64,000 nucleotides of DNA from a virus (Duplodnaviria; Caudoviricetes): the IMG/VR virus record IMGVR_UViG_3300014204_000112, positions 32,001 to 96,000 of that record; one strand, 5' to 3'. Position numbers and translations under genes: made by a program. Of this stretch, positions 50,141-60,440 are shown in pieces. Within the stretch, counting starts at the first letter, position 1; each line of letters begins with the position of its first letter. The notes beneath the pieces are model-generated. The model saw nothing but the letters and a program-made list of their open reading frames with translations. It did no database searches and was not told the origin of the DNA.

Positions 50141-50970
50141 TGAAATTAGCAGCAGGCTACATAGTCTTTGACGGCTTGGAGACTCTAGAAGGTTCTATCA
50201 AGTCCATTCGTAGTAATGTCGACGAAATCATCGTATCCTATCAGAAGATTTCATGGGGCGGAACAGAATCTTCTCCTGATTTAATCCAGAGACTTGAGGA
50301 GCTACGGGATCGTAAACTGATAGATCACATCATCGAATTTACTAAGTTCCGACCTAGCATCCTGAGAACTCCTGGTGAGGTACTCCAGGCAAAGAAATTC
50401 GAGCTGAACAAACGACAAGATTGTTTGTCCTTGGCTCTTTCCCATAACTGCTCTCATTACCTATCAATGGACGCTGACGAATTCTACAGAGCAGAAGAGT
50501 TCAAGGAAGCAAAGAGGCAGATCGAATCTGAAAACCTCGATGCTACTGCAGTTCATTACATCAATTACATTACTCCGACTCTAAACCGAGGATATGCAAG
50601 GTGGTTAGTTCCATTCATTTATCGAATCACGCCAAGGACCAGGCATCATGTCATGCAAACTCATTTTTCCGGAATTGATCCAACTCGTGGAATGATAGAC
50701 GACACGTATGCAAAGTGGAAAGTTTTCGAAAAGGATACGATCTCAATGCACCACATGGAAATGCTTAGAAAGGATTTGACTGGAAAGTATCTTGCCTCCA
50801 GTAGATTCTTTCCCAATCGCGCACTTCTTCCGATTCTGGAAAAGGACGTCAGAGAATCTGTAGATTCTGGCGTTTTGAAATTCACAGCATCTCATCTTGG
50901 GGATACTAGCAATCCAAGGGACGGTCAACCTCTTTTCGAATGCGAAAATGAATTCGGACTGAATCTTTAG
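50140..50970 (+). CDS. Putative GT-A-fold glycosyltransferase
   Basis: MDADE DxD motif; last gene of the glycosylation operon. Confidence 0.6.
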   Translation: MKLAAGYIVFDGLETLEGSIKSIRSNVDEIIVSYQKISWGGTESSPDLIQRLEELRDRKLIDHIIEFTKFRPSILRTPGEVLQAKKFELNKRQDCLSLALSHNCSHYLSMDADEFYRAEEFKEAKRQIESENLDATAVHYINYITPTLNRGYARWLVPFIYRITPRTRHHVMQTHFSGIDPTRGMIDDTYAKWKVFEKDTISMHHMEMLRKDLTGKYLASSRFFPNRALLPILEKDVRESVDSGVLKFTASHLGDTSNPRDGQPLFECENEFGLNL

Positions 50971-51773
50971 AACTTACTTATCGTAACTGATCTCGAAAGG
51001 ACCATTGGTTTTGCAGCTTCTACTGCTGCAGTCATTGCTCCAGCTGACGCTGGCATTTTGAGGTCTATCGTGCTGGCCATCACCTTTAATAGGGCGAATA
51101 ACGGTTCTCCAAGAACTGCACTGTTCTGGATCTTGCTAGGTCCGAGAATGGTGTTCTGACCGTCAATGTGCACGGTTTTTGCAGAAACGGTTGCTTTCGA
51201 ACCCGTGGTTACTCTGACTTCAGAATCCGAAACAATTCGAATAACGTTTCCCTCTAAGGCGATCGTAGAAAGGTCATCCTTGTGTTCAATGATTATGTTG
51301 GAAGTTTCGTTGTCAATTCTGACAAACGATTTCTTAAGTTCCATTTGGAGTCCGATCTGTTTGTCGAACCAGAACTTGATCTCCTCATCTCCATCAAATA
51401 GGATGAAGTGGGCTCCCTCGTATTTCTTTCCACCCTTTCTCAATTGTTCCTTGATGTCCTCTCCGATTTCCTGTATCTGAATGTACTCTGGGCTGTAAAT
51501 ATCTCCAGTTGCGAACTGCACCTTCACTATTGCTCCGACCTTTGGGATGGAAATTGATCCGCCTCTAGCGTCCTGCCCAAAAAACATTGGTTTCGCTGCA
51601 GGCACTGCCCAAGGTATGTCTTCGACTGGAATGTCATCGAATACCGAAAACACTCGGACACGGCAACGACCTTCGTACTGTGGATCGTCAATGTCCTCAA
51701 CTTTTCCCAAGTAAGTAGAAATGAAGGTTTCCTCACTCGGTACGCCAATTAGATCGCTATCTGAATATTTCAT
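50967..51773 (-). CDS. Baseplate spike/hub protein with gp5-like OB-fold
   Basis: GKVEDIDDPQYEGRCRVRV...IPWAVP...IPKVGAIVKVQFATGD. Confidence 0.85.
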   Translation of the reverse strand: MKYSDSDLIGVPSEETFISTYLGKVEDIDDPQYEGRCRVRVFSVFDDIPVEDIPWAVPAAKPMFFGQDARGGSISIPKVGAIVKVQFATGDIYSPEYIQIQEIGEDIKEQLRKGGKKYEGAHFILFDGDEEIKFWFDKQIGLQMELKKSFVRIDNETSNIIIEHKDDLSTIALEGNVIRIVSDSEVRVTTGSKATVSAKTVHIDGQNTILGPSKIQNSAVLGEPLFALLKVMASTIDLKMPASAGAMTAAVEAAKPMVLSRSVTISKF

Positions 51774-51786
51774 GCTTGTCTTCTAC

Positions 51787-53661
51787 TTAGTTTGAATTTT
51801 CGGATTCAGGGTAAACGTCTCCCAAATCGGCAATTTTTTCAGGTTGTTTAACGTCAGGATAAACGTCTCCTAACGGTTCTACTGGTTTAACTGATTCCTT
51901 GTCAGGATACGCAAGGCCTATTATTGAAGCTTCTTCTTTTTCTGGATTTCCTGGATATACATCGCCTATTTCAGAAACGCTAGGACTTGTCAGGTCTCCT
52001 TGATATACGTCTCCGATTTCAGCAACCTGATTGGTAACTGGATCAATTGGGTAAGCATCTCCCATGTCAGAAATAGCAGGGGGAAGCGGCGGATCTGGAT
52101 AAACGTCTCCGATGTCGCTTACTGATGGAGTCTGTTGATCTTGGTAGAGATCTCCCATGCCTGAAATCGCTGGAGCTGGAGGTTCATCGGGATAAACATC
52201 TCCAATTGTCGAAGTTGCTGGAGCTGGAGGTTCATCTGGATAAACGTCTCCAATGTTAGGCGCTGGAGGAACTGGAGGTTCATTTGGGTAAACATCGCCA
52301 ATATTTGAAGCAGGCGGAACTGGCGGTTCAGTTGGGTAAATATCTCCAATTGTAGCCACCGGTATTCCAGGAGGATCCGTTGGATAAATGTCCCCAATAT
52401 TTTGAACTTCTAGCGTAACTTCGTCAGGATAGAGATCTCCAAGAGTATTAACCGGGGGTCCAGGTAAAATTGTTGGGTAAGTATCACCTAATGCAGCAAT
52501 TGCTGGTGTTACAGGAGTTCCCTGATAAGCTGAACCTATGCTTGCGACTGGAGCTTCGCTGGAATCTCCAGGATAAACGTCCTGATTCAGGTTACTGACC
52601 AATGGCGGACCTACAACTGGATTTCTACCGGTCAAATTTCCGCTAACATTATTCATGTCAGTCATGAATGCATTGAATCCTGAATAAGCATTTCCGATTA
52701 CCTTGGTTTCAACTATCGTTTGAATTTCGTTTAGCACGGATCCAACTATCGCACCAGGAAGTCTAGTAGCGGCTTGCATGAATCTCGTTATCGAACTATT
52801 AAGCGAATCCAGTACTCCAGAGAACATTCCCATCTGCCTGAATGCATGCGCTTCGGCCAAAGAAACTGGTTCCTGAATGACCCAACCAACGTTTATGTTG
52901 AAGGACGGAGCGAACGATTTTTCTTCGGTTGCAGTCTTGTGATCGGATTGACTTCCTCCCATGAATCCGCTAAAATCGAATTCGCACATCTTGCATCTGA
53001 ATTGAACTATCCTCAATCCTGAAGTAAGCTCATTTCCGTCCGCTTTGTAAAACTGCCCAGACTTATCGACTATGTCCCTAATTTCTACTAGGTCAATCAC
53101 CATGTCGAACCATCTTAGATTCTCTGGAACTCGGTATGCTAACCGTTCTTGATCGTAAATTGCGTATCGATAGTTTTCCGCCATTTCAGTTAATGGCTGC
53201 TTTATCGAATCCAAGCAGTTGACGATCACGGTAGTTTTCTGATTTCCTTCCTTAACTCTGTGCATAGATTTCCAAAGATCGCCTATCCCTTGGATGGATT
53301 GAAAATACCATGGAGAATCCTGAACTTGCTTTAGCTTCAATTTGAATTGCTTTAGCGCTAGCTGTGGATCCATTCCTGCATTGAAAGGATAACCACGATA
53401 ATACTCGTTCAACCAATCTTCAGTTGAGTACTCAACTATTTCGTTCGGACTTTTTGGAGAGAACGATGCGTCTAAGTTTTGAATTTCCTGAACAGTTTCT
53501 TTTAACAGTGAGGAATTAGTCAAGCCATCGAACCGAGGATACTGCTCGGACGGTGGAAAGAAATCGATCCTAAACGTTAGAAAAACCGGATCCTGAAAAT
53601 CATCGACCGACGATTTTATGAACAGGTTGGTTTTCTTTATTTCTTCTATTCCTCTAGCCAT
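51787..53661 (-). CDS. Putative structural protein with C-terminal 16-aa Pro-rich repeats
   Basis: Many IGD(V/I/L)YP repeats; located in the baseplate cluster. Confidence 0.65.
   Translation of the reverse strand: MARGIEEIKKTNLFIKSSVDDFQDPVFLTFRIDFFPPSEQYPRFDGLTNSSLLKETVQEIQNLDASFSPKSPNEIVEYSTEDWLNEYYRGYPFNAGMDPQLALKQFKLKLKQVQDSPWYFQSIQGIGDLWKSMHRVKEGNQKTTVIVNCLDSIKQPLTEMAENYRYAIYDQERLAYRVPENLRWFDMVIDLVEIRDIVDKSGQFYKADGNELTSGLRIVQFRCKMCEFDFSGFMGGSQSDHKTATEEKSFAPSFNINVGWVIQEPVSLAEAHAFRQMGMFSGVLDSLNSSITRFMQAATRLPGAIVGSVLNEIQTIVETKVIGNAYSGFNAFMTDMNNVSGNLTGRNPVVGPPLVSNLNQDVYPGDSSEAPVASIGSAYQGTPVTPAIAALGDTYPTILPGPPVNTLGDLYPDEVTLEVQNIGDIYPTDPPGIPVATIGDIYPTEPPVPPASNIGDVYPNEPPVPPAPNIGDVYPDEPPAPATSTIGDVYPDEPPAPAISGMGDLYQDQQTPSVSDIGDVYPDPPLPPAISDMGDAYPIDPVTNQVAEIGDVYQGDLTSPSVSEIGDVYPGNPEKEEASIIGLAYPDKESVKPVEPLGDVYPDVKQPEKIADLGDVYPESENSN
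51800..52580 (-). repeat. Tandem ~48-bp (16-aa) coding repeats, GDVYP core
   Basis: Recurring ggataaacgtctcc-like units. Confidence 0.85.
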
Positions 53662-55208
53662 TACACTTTAACTGTATTTTTTGCGGTAGGAATCATCCAA
53701 TGACGCCTAGATAAAGTTACTTCAGTTTGAAACTTTCCGTCGTAATACGAATAGTTGACTGACCTAACGTAGTAAAAATCGCTCAGGGCTTTGTCAAGTA
53801 TCATTGATTGAGGTTTACTGTCCAATGCAGGTATTCCAGTTTTGATGGTATTAAGCATTGGATCGTTGGTTCCATCGTCTGCCATTGTGTTAGCCATCAT
53901 CGCAGATGCTTTCGACATGTAAAGGTTGACACGTACTCTACTTCCACGCATTAGATTCACGCTGAATCCAGGAAGCGTCACATTCAAAATATTTTTTTCA
54001 GTTTCCAACCAATTATGGTGATTCAATAGTTCTGCGAACTTGTAAGAAGCATGAGCATTGTTGTAATCTATTCCGCTCCAAACGTTGGTAGAAATCTTTG
54101 GCCCATCATCTGGTTTTTCTACGGAATTGGTGTATTCGGGAATCTGAACAGTTTGTGGTGCCATGCCATCGTTCGAAACAGTTGAGGTCAACGGTTCTGC
54201 AAAATGGATTCGGTAATTGGCATCGTCCTGTTTGCTAGAATCTCCATTAGCTCCATGTTCGTACCAGTAAACGTATTTTCTGACAGCGTTTTTCTTTACG
54301 ATTTCTCCGTGATTGCTATCGATAGAAAAGTCCTTGATGAAAAATTCGGTCTGATTAGCTTCTGGGTAATTCGTCAAAATCATAGGAACTTCAACTTCTT
54401 CCTCTACGTTCTGTTCAGGATCTTGCCTACGTTTATCGATAACTGACTGATCCAAAGCTTGCCAACAAGTATCGATCTCTTCGTCCCTGCTGAATTGCTT
54501 TTCAACGTTCACAAAATTCAAAATGTAGTATCGATCTATGAAACAATCGAAAAAATTGCTATCGTCTCGATAAGCAAATTTCGAAACGTGATTCAAGAAT
54601 GATTTATACGTGTAATTCGGCATGATCCAAGTCATCGTATCGTTAGTTCCTTCTGCTTGGTTATCGGCGAATCCCAATTGCAATTCTCCAGCAACCTTTT
54701 GCATTACCTGTAATGAAGTCAGGTTAGCGTACGATTTGGAATAGTTTCCATAGAGAAACGGAACGTTCAACTCTCCGCTCAGGGTGTACACGATGGAGGT
54801 TGAATTAGGAATTGGCATGGACGAAATCGAAGTTATTAAAAAATCGGCAGCCATCGATTTCAGTTTCTTTAATGGGGACTGTATGAATACGCTGACGATT
54901 ATGTTTGATAGAGGGTAACCACGAGATGTAAAAACGTAACCGTTATCAATGATTGTTATCGAGATGGTCGGAAGTAGACCTTCTTGCCATATTTTCAAAG
55001 CTTTCACTGAATGCTTTGCAAGCCTAACTGCTCCGATCTGAACGACAGGTTCCATGAGACCTTCCCTCTGTTTGAAACCTGAGAGATTTCCCCTGAACAG
55101 TTGACGATCATTATCCTTAGCCTTACTACTTTCGAAATCTGCGTACTCGATTAAAGTTGGACGTATTGTAGCAGCCGATCGAACCAGTATCTTATTCTTT
55201 TCGGCCAT
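53661..55208 (-). CDS. Putative baseplate hub protein
   Basis: Size, position upstream of the gp5-like gene, and C-terminal YYVRSVNYSY...TEVTLSR hub-type pattern. Confidence 0.5.
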   Translation of the reverse strand: MAEKNKILVRSAATIRPTLIEYADFESSKAKDNDRQLFRGNLSGFKQREGLMEPVVQIGAVRLAKHSVKALKIWQEGLLPTISITIIDNGYVFTSRGYPLSNIIVSVFIQSPLKKLKSMAADFLITSISSMPIPNSTSIVYTLSGELNVPFLYGNYSKSYANLTSLQVMQKVAGELQLGFADNQAEGTNDTMTWIMPNYTYKSFLNHVSKFAYRDDSNFFDCFIDRYYILNFVNVEKQFSRDEEIDTCWQALDQSVIDKRRQDPEQNVEEEVEVPMILTNYPEANQTEFFIKDFSIDSNHGEIVKKNAVRKYVYWYEHGANGDSSKQDDANYRIHFAEPLTSTVSNDGMAPQTVQIPEYTNSVEKPDDGPKISTNVWSGIDYNNAHASYKFAELLNHHNWLETEKNILNVTLPGFSVNLMRGSRVRVNLYMSKASAMMANTMADDGTNDPMLNTIKTGIPALDSKPQSMILDKALSDFYYVRSVNYSYYDGKFQTEVTLSRRHWMIPTAKNTVKV

Positions 55209-55209
55209 G

Positions 55210-55953
55210 TTATGCTAGCTTATTTTTTATCAGAGTTTCTTTTAGTTTTGCTCTAGAAACTGGTTCAGGACAATCTTCTTTCTTAACGTTGGTAACGTCA
55301 GATCCAAAAATGATCTTTCCATTAGCCAGTTTAACTCCACTGTCAAGCGCTACGTTTGGTGGAACTGGCGCAGAATTAGCTGCTTGGTAAGCAGAAGTCA
55401 ATGGTCCAGTTCCGGAGAAGTTTCCTCCTTGTATTATATTCGCTAATTGCCCGTTGAACCCTGTAAAGTTTCCGCTCTTCAATAAAGATTCAAGCTTTGC
55501 TAAATTACCGGAAACGGCATTTCCTCTCTGCAGCAAGTAAGCTAAGCGAGCTTTGTCTTTTCTGGTCTTTGGAGCAAGAACAACGTTAGTAGGCTTCTTT
55601 CTTATGCCGGTCAATCCAGCTGGAGTTCCTCCCAATCCCGTGCTCGCGCCAACGCTTCCAAATTTATTCAAATCCTCCGAGCTTGGAATCCTAATGATGT
55701 CGCCCGTGTTTATCGAAAATGGATTGGAATACCCGTTGTACTTCAAAAGAAGGTCAGCATATCCCTGATTCTGATAAAAATAATTGGCGATCAAGTCTGG
55801 GCGCATTGCTGTTTCTTCAGATACAACATAAGCCTTTCCTGTGTTCAATCTAACTCCAAGAAAAGAGACAGCCCTACGAATAAGGTCAACTACCACATCA
55901 CCGTTAGGCTTTGTGAAATTAGGTTTATTCGCTAATGTTTTTAAGTTAAGCAT
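55210..55953 (-). CDS. Baseplate wedge protein (gp53/LysM-like)
   Basis: RPDLIANYFY...LLKYNGYSNPFSINTGDIIRIP. Confidence 0.75.
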   Translation of the reverse strand: MLNLKTLANKPNFTKPNGDVVVDLIRRAVSFLGVRLNTGKAYVVSEETAMRPDLIANYFYQNQGYADLLLKYNGYSNPFSINTGDIIRIPSSEDLNKFGSVGASTGLGGTPAGLTGIRKKPTNVVLAPKTRKDKARLAYLLQRGNAVSGNLAKLESLLKSGNFTGFNGQLANIIQGGNFSGTGPLTSAYQAANSAPVPPNVALDSGVKLANGKIIFGSDVTNVKKEDCPEPVSRAKLKETLIKNKLA

Positions 55954-55962
55954 ATCACCACG

Positions 55963-57996
55963 TTAAGTTTTATCAGCTGCCCTATCGAAGTACAACCAGA
56001 GAAGCGAATCGTCCATCTTTCCATCTTGCGATTGATCGCCGGACACTTTGCCATTACCATCAACTGCAGCGTACCTATATGATTTTCGTATTCTGTTACG
56101 ATAACGGTCGAACGAATTAGTACCGAGAGTTTGAACGATTGACTGTTGTTCCTCTGTCGATAATCCTTTGGCTACTGCTGCCCAATCCTTATTATTCACT
56201 TCGCCAAACGTATCGTTAGCGGACGAAGGATTTCTCATCTTGTTGAACATCATCTTAGCTTCTCCCAAGTTGAACATTCTTTCGATGGACACCTTGTCTC
56301 TAGGCTTTCCTTGTGCCAGTTTCACTGTGAATGTGCAACCGGTTGGAAAATCATCAGGTCCCATTTCTTCGTCGAACTGCATTGTGCAATTGCTGCATAC
56401 CAAGTCTCCCATTACCATTATCGGATTCATTGGATTTCCTACGACCAAGTGCCATTCTCCTATTGGTCTATCAGATAAAGCCGATTTGATGGAGATCAAT
56501 TTAGGAATAGCGTCTGCCAATAGAGAAGCTGTTCCAGCTTGTAAAGTTTTAGCAGTAACCGCGCTCAATTTACTAAGATCTCCGCCCAATGCACTAGAAA
56601 ATATTTCTTGGCTAGATTCAACCGTTTGCTGCGTTGCTGATTTGATAGCATTTAGGATCGGAGATAATTTGTGAACAATTTCACCAAGGTCCCCATTGAA
56701 GTTAGTTCCCCAATCAGTTAACAATTTTCCCATAGTTTGAGTCATATTCTCATCGAATTTCACTCCAAGACGAGGAAAGTACCTAGCAAGCTGACCAAGA
56801 AACTGAGCATCATTGTACGTTAAGTTCAAGAAGCTAGAGATCAAATCTAGAGCTACTATCTTTGGACTAAGCCCATTGAACGAACGAAAAGAGTAATGGA
56901 AACTCAAGGTGAATGGGCTGTTCCAACCGTCCTGCATTCCTCTTGCTCTCCTTGTTGAGCTATTGATGACATTGACTGGACCATAAAGTCTATTCCAATA
57001 AGGTCCTTCTGACGTGTAGAGTTTTCTAGAGTATTCCTGTAATCTGGATTCTTGCTTGCTCAACTGTTGCAATTGAGTGTCTTCTCCGTTTAAGCCAACG
57101 TACAAAGCTTCCAGAGCTCCACCGACTTTTTCGAGACCCTTTATGTTTGAGAAAATGTTAACGATATCAGTGACAGTTACTTCATTTCCTTCTATCATTT
57201 GTGGTTCGTCAACTGTCAAGGTTTCCCAACGTAATCCCCAGTTCATTACTCCGATTTTCGAAAGAACGTTATCCGTTCCCTCTCCGAACCAAGTGACCGC
57301 CTGCGCGATCGGAACAGGATTCTTTTTTCCAGGAACACGAATGAGGTCATCGATAGGAAATGGATACCTACGCAAGGTTATCAGCCTATTGTTAGGGATC
57401 TTTCCGTAATTCTTACAGAACATGAAGTCCGTCATTGCGTACGGTTGAAAACCGGTCACGCTGTACATTGATTGCGAGCTAGCCCAGCTAATGATTGAGC
57501 TTGCAGTAGGATTGGCAAGGGTCGATGCATTCTTTATGGCATACGATTTAGCAGATAAGGCATAGTGATCCTTGAGAGCTAGGTTATCATTGATTGCTTT
57601 GTTAATGGCATCAGGAGATCTATTTTCGGCAATGGCTCTCTGTGCCATATCCTGATCGCTACGTATCTGGGCAGTAAGATCGTTCTGAATCGTGTTGTTT
57701 AGTTTGTCTGTGTATGGGTCAACCTTATTCTTTGAAGCATAACCAATAAAGTGAGCATCCGGTTGATAGACGGCACCGTTTATGAACTTGGAGTACTTAA
57801 AGATGGAGAACTTATTGAAAATGGAATCGACGTCAGCTGAGATGAGAGAACCTCCCGAAGAGGATTTATCACTTCTGTAACTGTCAGACAAGTCAATCAC
57901 CAAATCTTCCTTTGGGACTCTAGCCAGAGCTTCGAGGTAATTTATCCCGCTGAATATTTCTCCAACTGAGGTATTTGGTCCAATCGGTTTACTCAT
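55963..57996 (-). CDS. Putative baseplate/tail-tube initiator protein
   Basis: First gene behind late promoter 58019-58026; C-terminal IMVMGDLVCSNCTMQFD...DDFPT..TFTV pattern. Confidence 0.45.
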   Translation of the reverse strand: MSKPIGPNTSVGEIFSGINYLEALARVPKEDLVIDLSDSYRSDKSSSGGSLISADVDSIFNKFSIFKYSKFINGAVYQPDAHFIGYASKNKVDPYTDKLNNTIQNDLTAQIRSDQDMAQRAIAENRSPDAINKAINDNLALKDHYALSAKSYAIKNASTLANPTASSIISWASSQSMYSVTGFQPYAMTDFMFCKNYGKIPNNRLITLRRYPFPIDDLIRVPGKKNPVPIAQAVTWFGEGTDNVLSKIGVMNWGLRWETLTVDEPQMIEGNEVTVTDIVNIFSNIKGLEKVGGALEALYVGLNGEDTQLQQLSKQESRLQEYSRKLYTSEGPYWNRLYGPVNVINSSTRRARGMQDGWNSPFTLSFHYSFRSFNGLSPKIVALDLISSFLNLTYNDAQFLGQLARYFPRLGVKFDENMTQTMGKLLTDWGTNFNGDLGEIVHKLSPILNAIKSATQQTVESSQEIFSSALGGDLSKLSAVTAKTLQAGTASLLADAIPKLISIKSALSDRPIGEWHLVVGNPMNPIMVMGDLVCSNCTMQFDEEMGPDDFPTGCTFTVKLAQGKPRDKVSIERMFNLGEAKMMFNKMRNPSSANDTFGEVNNKDWAAVAKGLSTEEQQSIVQTLGTNSFDRYRNRIRKSYRYAAVDGNGKVSGDQSQDGKMDDSLLWLYFDRAADKT

Positions 57997-58064
57997 TGAA
58001 TGTGTCCTTATTTCTGATTATTTATTTAGGACAAACCGGAATGAGCTAAAGTAAGATGAAGTAA

Positions 58065-58838
58065 CTAATGATTAACGTAAAATAAGTGATCTAGGATCAT
58101 CCGATCATCTCGTGAAATCAAGATCAGGTTAGGTATTTCATTCCACCTTCTTTCGGCATTTCCGCCGGTTCCCCTAGCCAGTTGAACGGTTATTGCTTTC
58201 TGTTTCAAATAACTCAGAGCCTCATCGTACTCGCCGTAATTCACGAGATTTTCGACTTCTGTTGCATCGCTAGGAGCGAGCTGAACTCTGTAAATTATCG
58301 GCCATCTTTGTGGATTAGCTTGGGCTCTCATTTTTAACATTTTGATGATGCCATTGTATTTCTTTCTGGCTGCGGTTTCTGTTCCCTCCTTAGGTAATAG
58401 ACCAACATGAAATAGTTCGTCGAAATCTGCCCAGTCAGCAGCTTCTGCAGGTTCCTCGATGAAAGAATCGATTCCTAAACAGTCAGCTAATCCGAAGTAC
58501 CATTTTGGTTGAGCAGTTGATAGTGATTCGTTAAAAGCAGCAAATGAGGTTATTGCTCTGTTAGATTTCATTCTCTCGTTAATTTCGTCTTTTTCGTCAT
58601 GCTCAACATAAGCTTCCAAGTTATCACCATATAGCCCAGGAATAACTGTCCTGTTCTCTCCATTTATTTCAATTGCTCTTTCTAGCGTTACTTCGTACCG
58701 TTTCACATCCGGTTCGTAACGAGTCGAATAAACTTCGCTCACCTTAGCCTTCGCACCGGCAATTGCTTGAAATAGCTCGCTCTTTAATTCTTCGCCATCC
58801 GCTTTTATTCTAACTACGTCGTCAACGTTAAATTCCAT
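58065..58838 (-). CDS. Hypothetical late protein
   Basis: 257-aa ORF; internal ITSFAAFNES motif. Confidence 0.6.
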   Translation of the reverse strand: MEFNVDDVVRIKADGEELKSELFQAIAGAKAKVSEVYSTRYEPDVKRYEVTLERAIEINGENRTVIPGLYGDNLEAYVEHDEKDEINERMKSNRAITSFAAFNESLSTAQPKWYFGLADCLGIDSFIEEPAEAADWADFDELFHVGLLPKEGTETAARKKYNGIIKMLKMRAQANPQRWPIIYRVQLAPSDATEVENLVNYGEYDEALSYLKQKAITVQLARGTGGNAERRWNEIPNLILISRDDRMILDHLFYVNH

Positions 58839-60438
58839 TCTTTGGAGTCTTATTTTCGTTAAGGAACTGTGAGAAGTTCATTATTGTCATATTGTCCTCG
58901 TAAACACTACGATGCTTCTTTTTCTTCTTTTTCTTTCCCATGTTGAAATCACCAGATCCTAACGAGTTTTCGGTAGGAACTCTAATTGCACCAGCTCTGC
59001 TTATCGAACCGGGAACTTGCATAGAAACTCCAGGAGCGACTCCGCTGTCTCCATCTTCTGTGATAGGAGCAATTGCAGGTTTCTTATCCAGGACATTTGG
59101 TCCAGGGATGAACATCCTAGAAATAGCATCAGCTTTCATCTCTCCTTCTCTTCCACCGAACAAGCGGCCTATGAACTTGGCTGCAGTGTTCAATGTTTTT
59201 GCATAGGCTCCATGAGTCTTTTCTCCAAAATCGGCCCATGCTCTTCCAGCAGATGTCATTTCTGGTTGAGCTGCAGGAAATGCACCGAGAACCGAAGTCA
59301 ACCACTTCCTGAATTTCATTAGTGCAGAAGAATCGGCAATTTGTTGACCAGTAACAGGCAGAGTAGTCAATTCGTGAAGCTTGAGTTTTGTGTTGAACTT
59401 GTAATGAATTCCCTTAGCTTTTCCAAGGTCCATTGACTTGTCCCTTACTCTATTGAGAAGCTCGTCAACCATTTTGGCAAGCTCATCAGTCAAGTACTGA
59501 ATGATTTCGGAAATTGACTGAGTATGAAACTTATTGTTCGTTCCGCGTAGACCATTGATCTGCTTTTTGATCTGATCGGCTTCTGAGTAAATTTCTTCCT
59601 TCGTGGTAAACAGTTTGTACCTCATGTCAAGGATCCTACGTAAGATCACAGCTTCCTGTTTGTTACGTAAAGCTTCTTCCTTTACTCGATTGAAGTTTTC
59701 TTCTCCAATCTCGGTTTTTATGGTCTGTTCGGCTTTCGCCTTCGCTTGCTTTTCTCCAGTCTGTACTTCAGGCGGGTACATTTCGATGACTTGATCAGCT
59801 GAGTCAAATGCATCAATGATTTTCCTAGCGCTGTCAAATTTTTCTTCTTGATCGGAATCTGGGCTTTCGACTATGGAGATTTCAGGTTTCACCTTATCTC
59901 CAAGGGTTGTCAAAAAGTCCATGTACTGACCGGCGAATTCCATTTTTAGAGCAGTGATTGCTTGAAGAACTTCGTCAGCGATGCGCTTAATTTCTTCGCT
60001 GTTTATGAGCTTAAATGCAGAGTAAACTTTTTCTAAAACCTGAATCCTAGCAGCTATCCTTATTTTTACAAGCATCAGTTCTTCTAACCTAGCAGTATTG
60101 ATAGGATCGTCCGACATTATTGATTGAATTTCGGAATCAACGTCGGCTGCTCTGCTTTTACAGTAAGCTATGTAGCGCTTGATTTTTTCCTTGGAGAATT
60201 CGGTTCCTAGTTCTTTTTCGAAGATTGGTCTCTTTAGGTCCTGGGCAATATCAACTATTCCTCTTTCGAGAAGCTGGTCTATCAGGTAATCGACTTCGTT
60301 CCAATTATCACTAGCCTCGCCACCAGTTTCTTTCTTGTCACCGACTTTGGCTAGAGCGTCCCCAATCTTGATGATGTCAGACTCTAGTAATAAATCCTCG
60401 AATTGTTGAATTCTGTTTATCTTTAGAAACATTCTCAA
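58828..60438 (-). CDS. Hypothetical helical late protein
   Basis: 536-aa ORF; IQQFEDLLLES at the N-terminus and IMNFSQFLNE at the C-terminus. Confidence 0.65.
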   Translation of the reverse strand: MRMFLKINRIQQFEDLLLESDIIKIGDALAKVGDKKETGGEASDNWNEVDYLIDQLLERGIVDIAQDLKRPIFEKELGTEFSKEKIKRYIAYCKSRAADVDSEIQSIMSDDPINTARLEELMLVKIRIAARIQVLEKVYSAFKLINSEEIKRIADEVLQAITALKMEFAGQYMDFLTTLGDKVKPEISIVESPDSDQEEKFDSARKIIDAFDSADQVIEMYPPEVQTGEKQAKAKAEQTIKTEIGEENFNRVKEEALRNKQEAVILRRILDMRYKLFTTKEEIYSEADQIKKQINGLRGTNNKFHTQSISEIIQYLTDELAKMVDELLNRVRDKSMDLGKAKGIHYKFNTKLKLHELTTLPVTGQQIADSSALMKFRKWLTSVLGAFPAAQPEMTSAGRAWADFGEKTHGAYAKTLNTAAKFIGRLFGGREGEMKADAISRMFIPGPNVLDKKPAIAPITEDGDSGVAPGVSMQVPGSISRAGAIRVPTENSLGSGDFNMGKKKKKKKHRSVYEDNMTIMNFSQFLNENKTPKNGI

Positions 60439-60440
60439 AA

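Noticed and set aside
51800-52580. CRISPR array
   Set aside because: The repeats are degenerate, in-frame 48-bp coding units with codon-position variation; no cas genes
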